A stretch of DNA of 64,000 nt. Source: Chiloscyllium plagiosum (Eukaryota). A program made the translations under genes and the position numbers. The notes beneath the pieces are model-generated. The model saw only the letters and a list, made by a program, of their open reading frames with translations. It was not told the origin of the DNA and ran no database searches. The number at the start of each line of letters is the position of its first letter. Position 1 is the stretch's first letter. Shown one piece after another: positions 62,314 to 64,000 of this stretch. The stretch covers positions 93,274,561 through 93,338,560 of the forward strand of contig NC_057718.1 in assembly GCF_004010195.1 (NCBI RefSeq), written 5' to 3'.

Positions 62314-63090
62314 GGACGTAGGTTTGGTTGCTGAGCTGGAAGGTTCATTTTCAGACATTTCGTCATCATACTAGGTAACATCTCCAGTGAGCCTCCAGAT
62401 GAAGCACTGCTCATGATTCCTGCTTTCTATTTATATGTTTGGGTTTCTTTGGGTTGGTGATGTTATTTTCTGTGGTGATGTCATTTCCTATGGTGATATT
62501 ATTTCCTGTTCTTTTTCTCAGGAGGGTGGTAAATGGAGTCCAAGTCAATGTGTTTGTTGATAGAGTTCCGGTTGGAATGCCATGCTTTGAGGAATTCACG
62601 CGCATTTCTCTGTTTGGCTTGTCCTAGGATGGATGTGTTGTCCCAGTCGAAGTGGTGTCCTTCCTTATCTGTATGTAAGGATACTAGTGAGAGAGGGTCA
62701 TGTCGTTTTGTGGTTAGTTGATGTTCATGTATACTGGTGGCTAGTTTTCTGCCTGTTTGTCCAATGTAATGTTTGTTACGGTTCTTGCATGGTATTTTGT
62801 AAATTACATTAGTTTTGCTAGTTATCTGTGTAGTGTCTTTCAAGTTCATCAGCTGCTGTTTTAGTGTGTTGGTGAGTTTGTGGGCTACCATGATGCTAAG
62901 AAGTCTGAGTAGTCTGGCAGTCATTTTTGAGATGGCTTTGATGTAGGGGAGAGTGGCTCGGTTTTCTGGACGCGTTTTGTCTGCAAGTTTGGGTTTGTTG
63001 CTGAGAAATCGGCGGACTGTGTTCATTGGGTACCCATTCTTTTTGAATACAGAACCTCAACCTGAGCTACAAATCTTCTCAAAACTCGCT
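62314..63090 (-). mobile_element. Penelope-like element (Poseidon-type): GIY-YIG endonuclease region plus pLTR, 5'-truncated
   Basis: ORF 62499-63026 reads LPYIK..NVIYKIPC..HYIGQTGRKLATSIHEHQ..HHFDW..REFLKAW. 15-bp TSD aactaagggtcatat at 62299-62313 and 63091-63105. Confidence 0.93.
62355..62387 (-). ncRNA. Degenerate hammerhead ribozyme motif in the Poseidon pLTR
   Basis: Minus strand reads CTGGAGA-TGTTACCTAGTATGATGAC-GAAATGTC. The core is mutated (CTGGAGA versus CTGANGA). Confidence 0.5.
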
Positions 63091-64000
63091 AACTAAGGGT
63101 CATATTTTTAAGGTGAGAGAAGAAGTATTTAAAAAGGACATGAGGGACAAGATTTTGAGTGGTTCATGCTCGGAATGAACTGCCAGAGAAAGTGGTGGAT
63201 GCAGGTGCAGTTACAATGTTTGGGGAAGTTCATTAGTAGGAAATGTTTAGAGGGATATGGGCCAAGTATAGGCAGCGGGGATTAGTTTAATTTGGGAACA
63301 TGATCGGCATGGACTAGTTTGACCAGAGAGTTTGTCTCTGTGTTGTATGACTCCAAAAGCCTGAGGGTTATCATTACATGATTAACGCAGACCTGGCACT
63401 GAATTGGCATACAGGCCATATAGGGCCATGGGAACAGGTAGAGGGAGTGGAGTTATGAGGGGTGATAGGAGATGGGTACATTGAAATAGAATGGACGGTG
63501 TGAGGGGCGACATACTGGGGTCATGAGGCCTAAAGGCTGCAGGCTGTTCCTTTGTGGTATGCTTTCTTCCACATCTTTGTCAAATTTCTGGAACACTGAA
63601 GCTGGCATTTTGCCTTCCTACCATTTCTGGGGGTCTCTGCCTTGACTCTCATTTTCAATTGTGCCTCCAACCTCCCCATCTCCCAGAACCAAAATCTGAC
63701 CATCCAGGGAATGTCAACCCAGTTGGGTTTGTGGAGCCGGGAGTCCCAATTCCGAGCTCCTTCCCCAGGAGTAAACATTCAGACCTACATGCATGTGAGA
63801 AGACATTCTGTTAATGAGATTGCTTTTCGTAAAAGAGAAACATCTGCTCAGTCACAAGTTCATTCTCCACATGTCTCGCAGTGACTACTGTAGTGATTAC
63901 ATTCCCATTGGAGCTTTGAATGTTATACAATTACTTTAAAACAAAGCATCAATAAACTGAGGTGTGAAACAGTTCTTCACTCTCAAGATTAGCATACAGC

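Larger units (their letters stand above)
62222..63355 (+). mobile_element. CR1 LINE 3' fragment split by a Poseidon-type PLE
   Basis: ttcaaaactaagggtcatat resumes as ttttaaggtgagagaag, with tail tgttgtatgactc. Confidence 0.85.

Overview
Eukaryotic, repeat-rich non-coding DNA from a cartilaginous fish. The repeat inventory (HE1 V-SINEs, HER1/CR1 LINEs, Deu-domain SINEs) points to a shark, possibly a bamboo shark; the species is an inference. I found no host protein-coding exon, tRNA/rRNA gene or CRISPR array that I can support. Every recognisable peptide belongs to a decayed transposon: CR1-type RT/APE, Rex1/Babar, two Penelope-like (PLE) ORF fragments and a Harbinger Myb/SANT remnant. A large share of the window is nested retroelements, and there is a 632-N gap at 32442-33073. 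The most notable signal is a set of short PLE insertions from at least four families. Many are fold-back hairpins carrying minimal hammerhead-ribozyme cores (CUGANGA..GAAA..UH) with exact 12-17 bp target-site duplications (TSDs) and a recurring missing or inverted 3' tail of about 35-40 nt. This fits known PLE biology and is not evidence of a wholly new system. Repeat boundaries were read by eye and are approximate unless a TSD is given.
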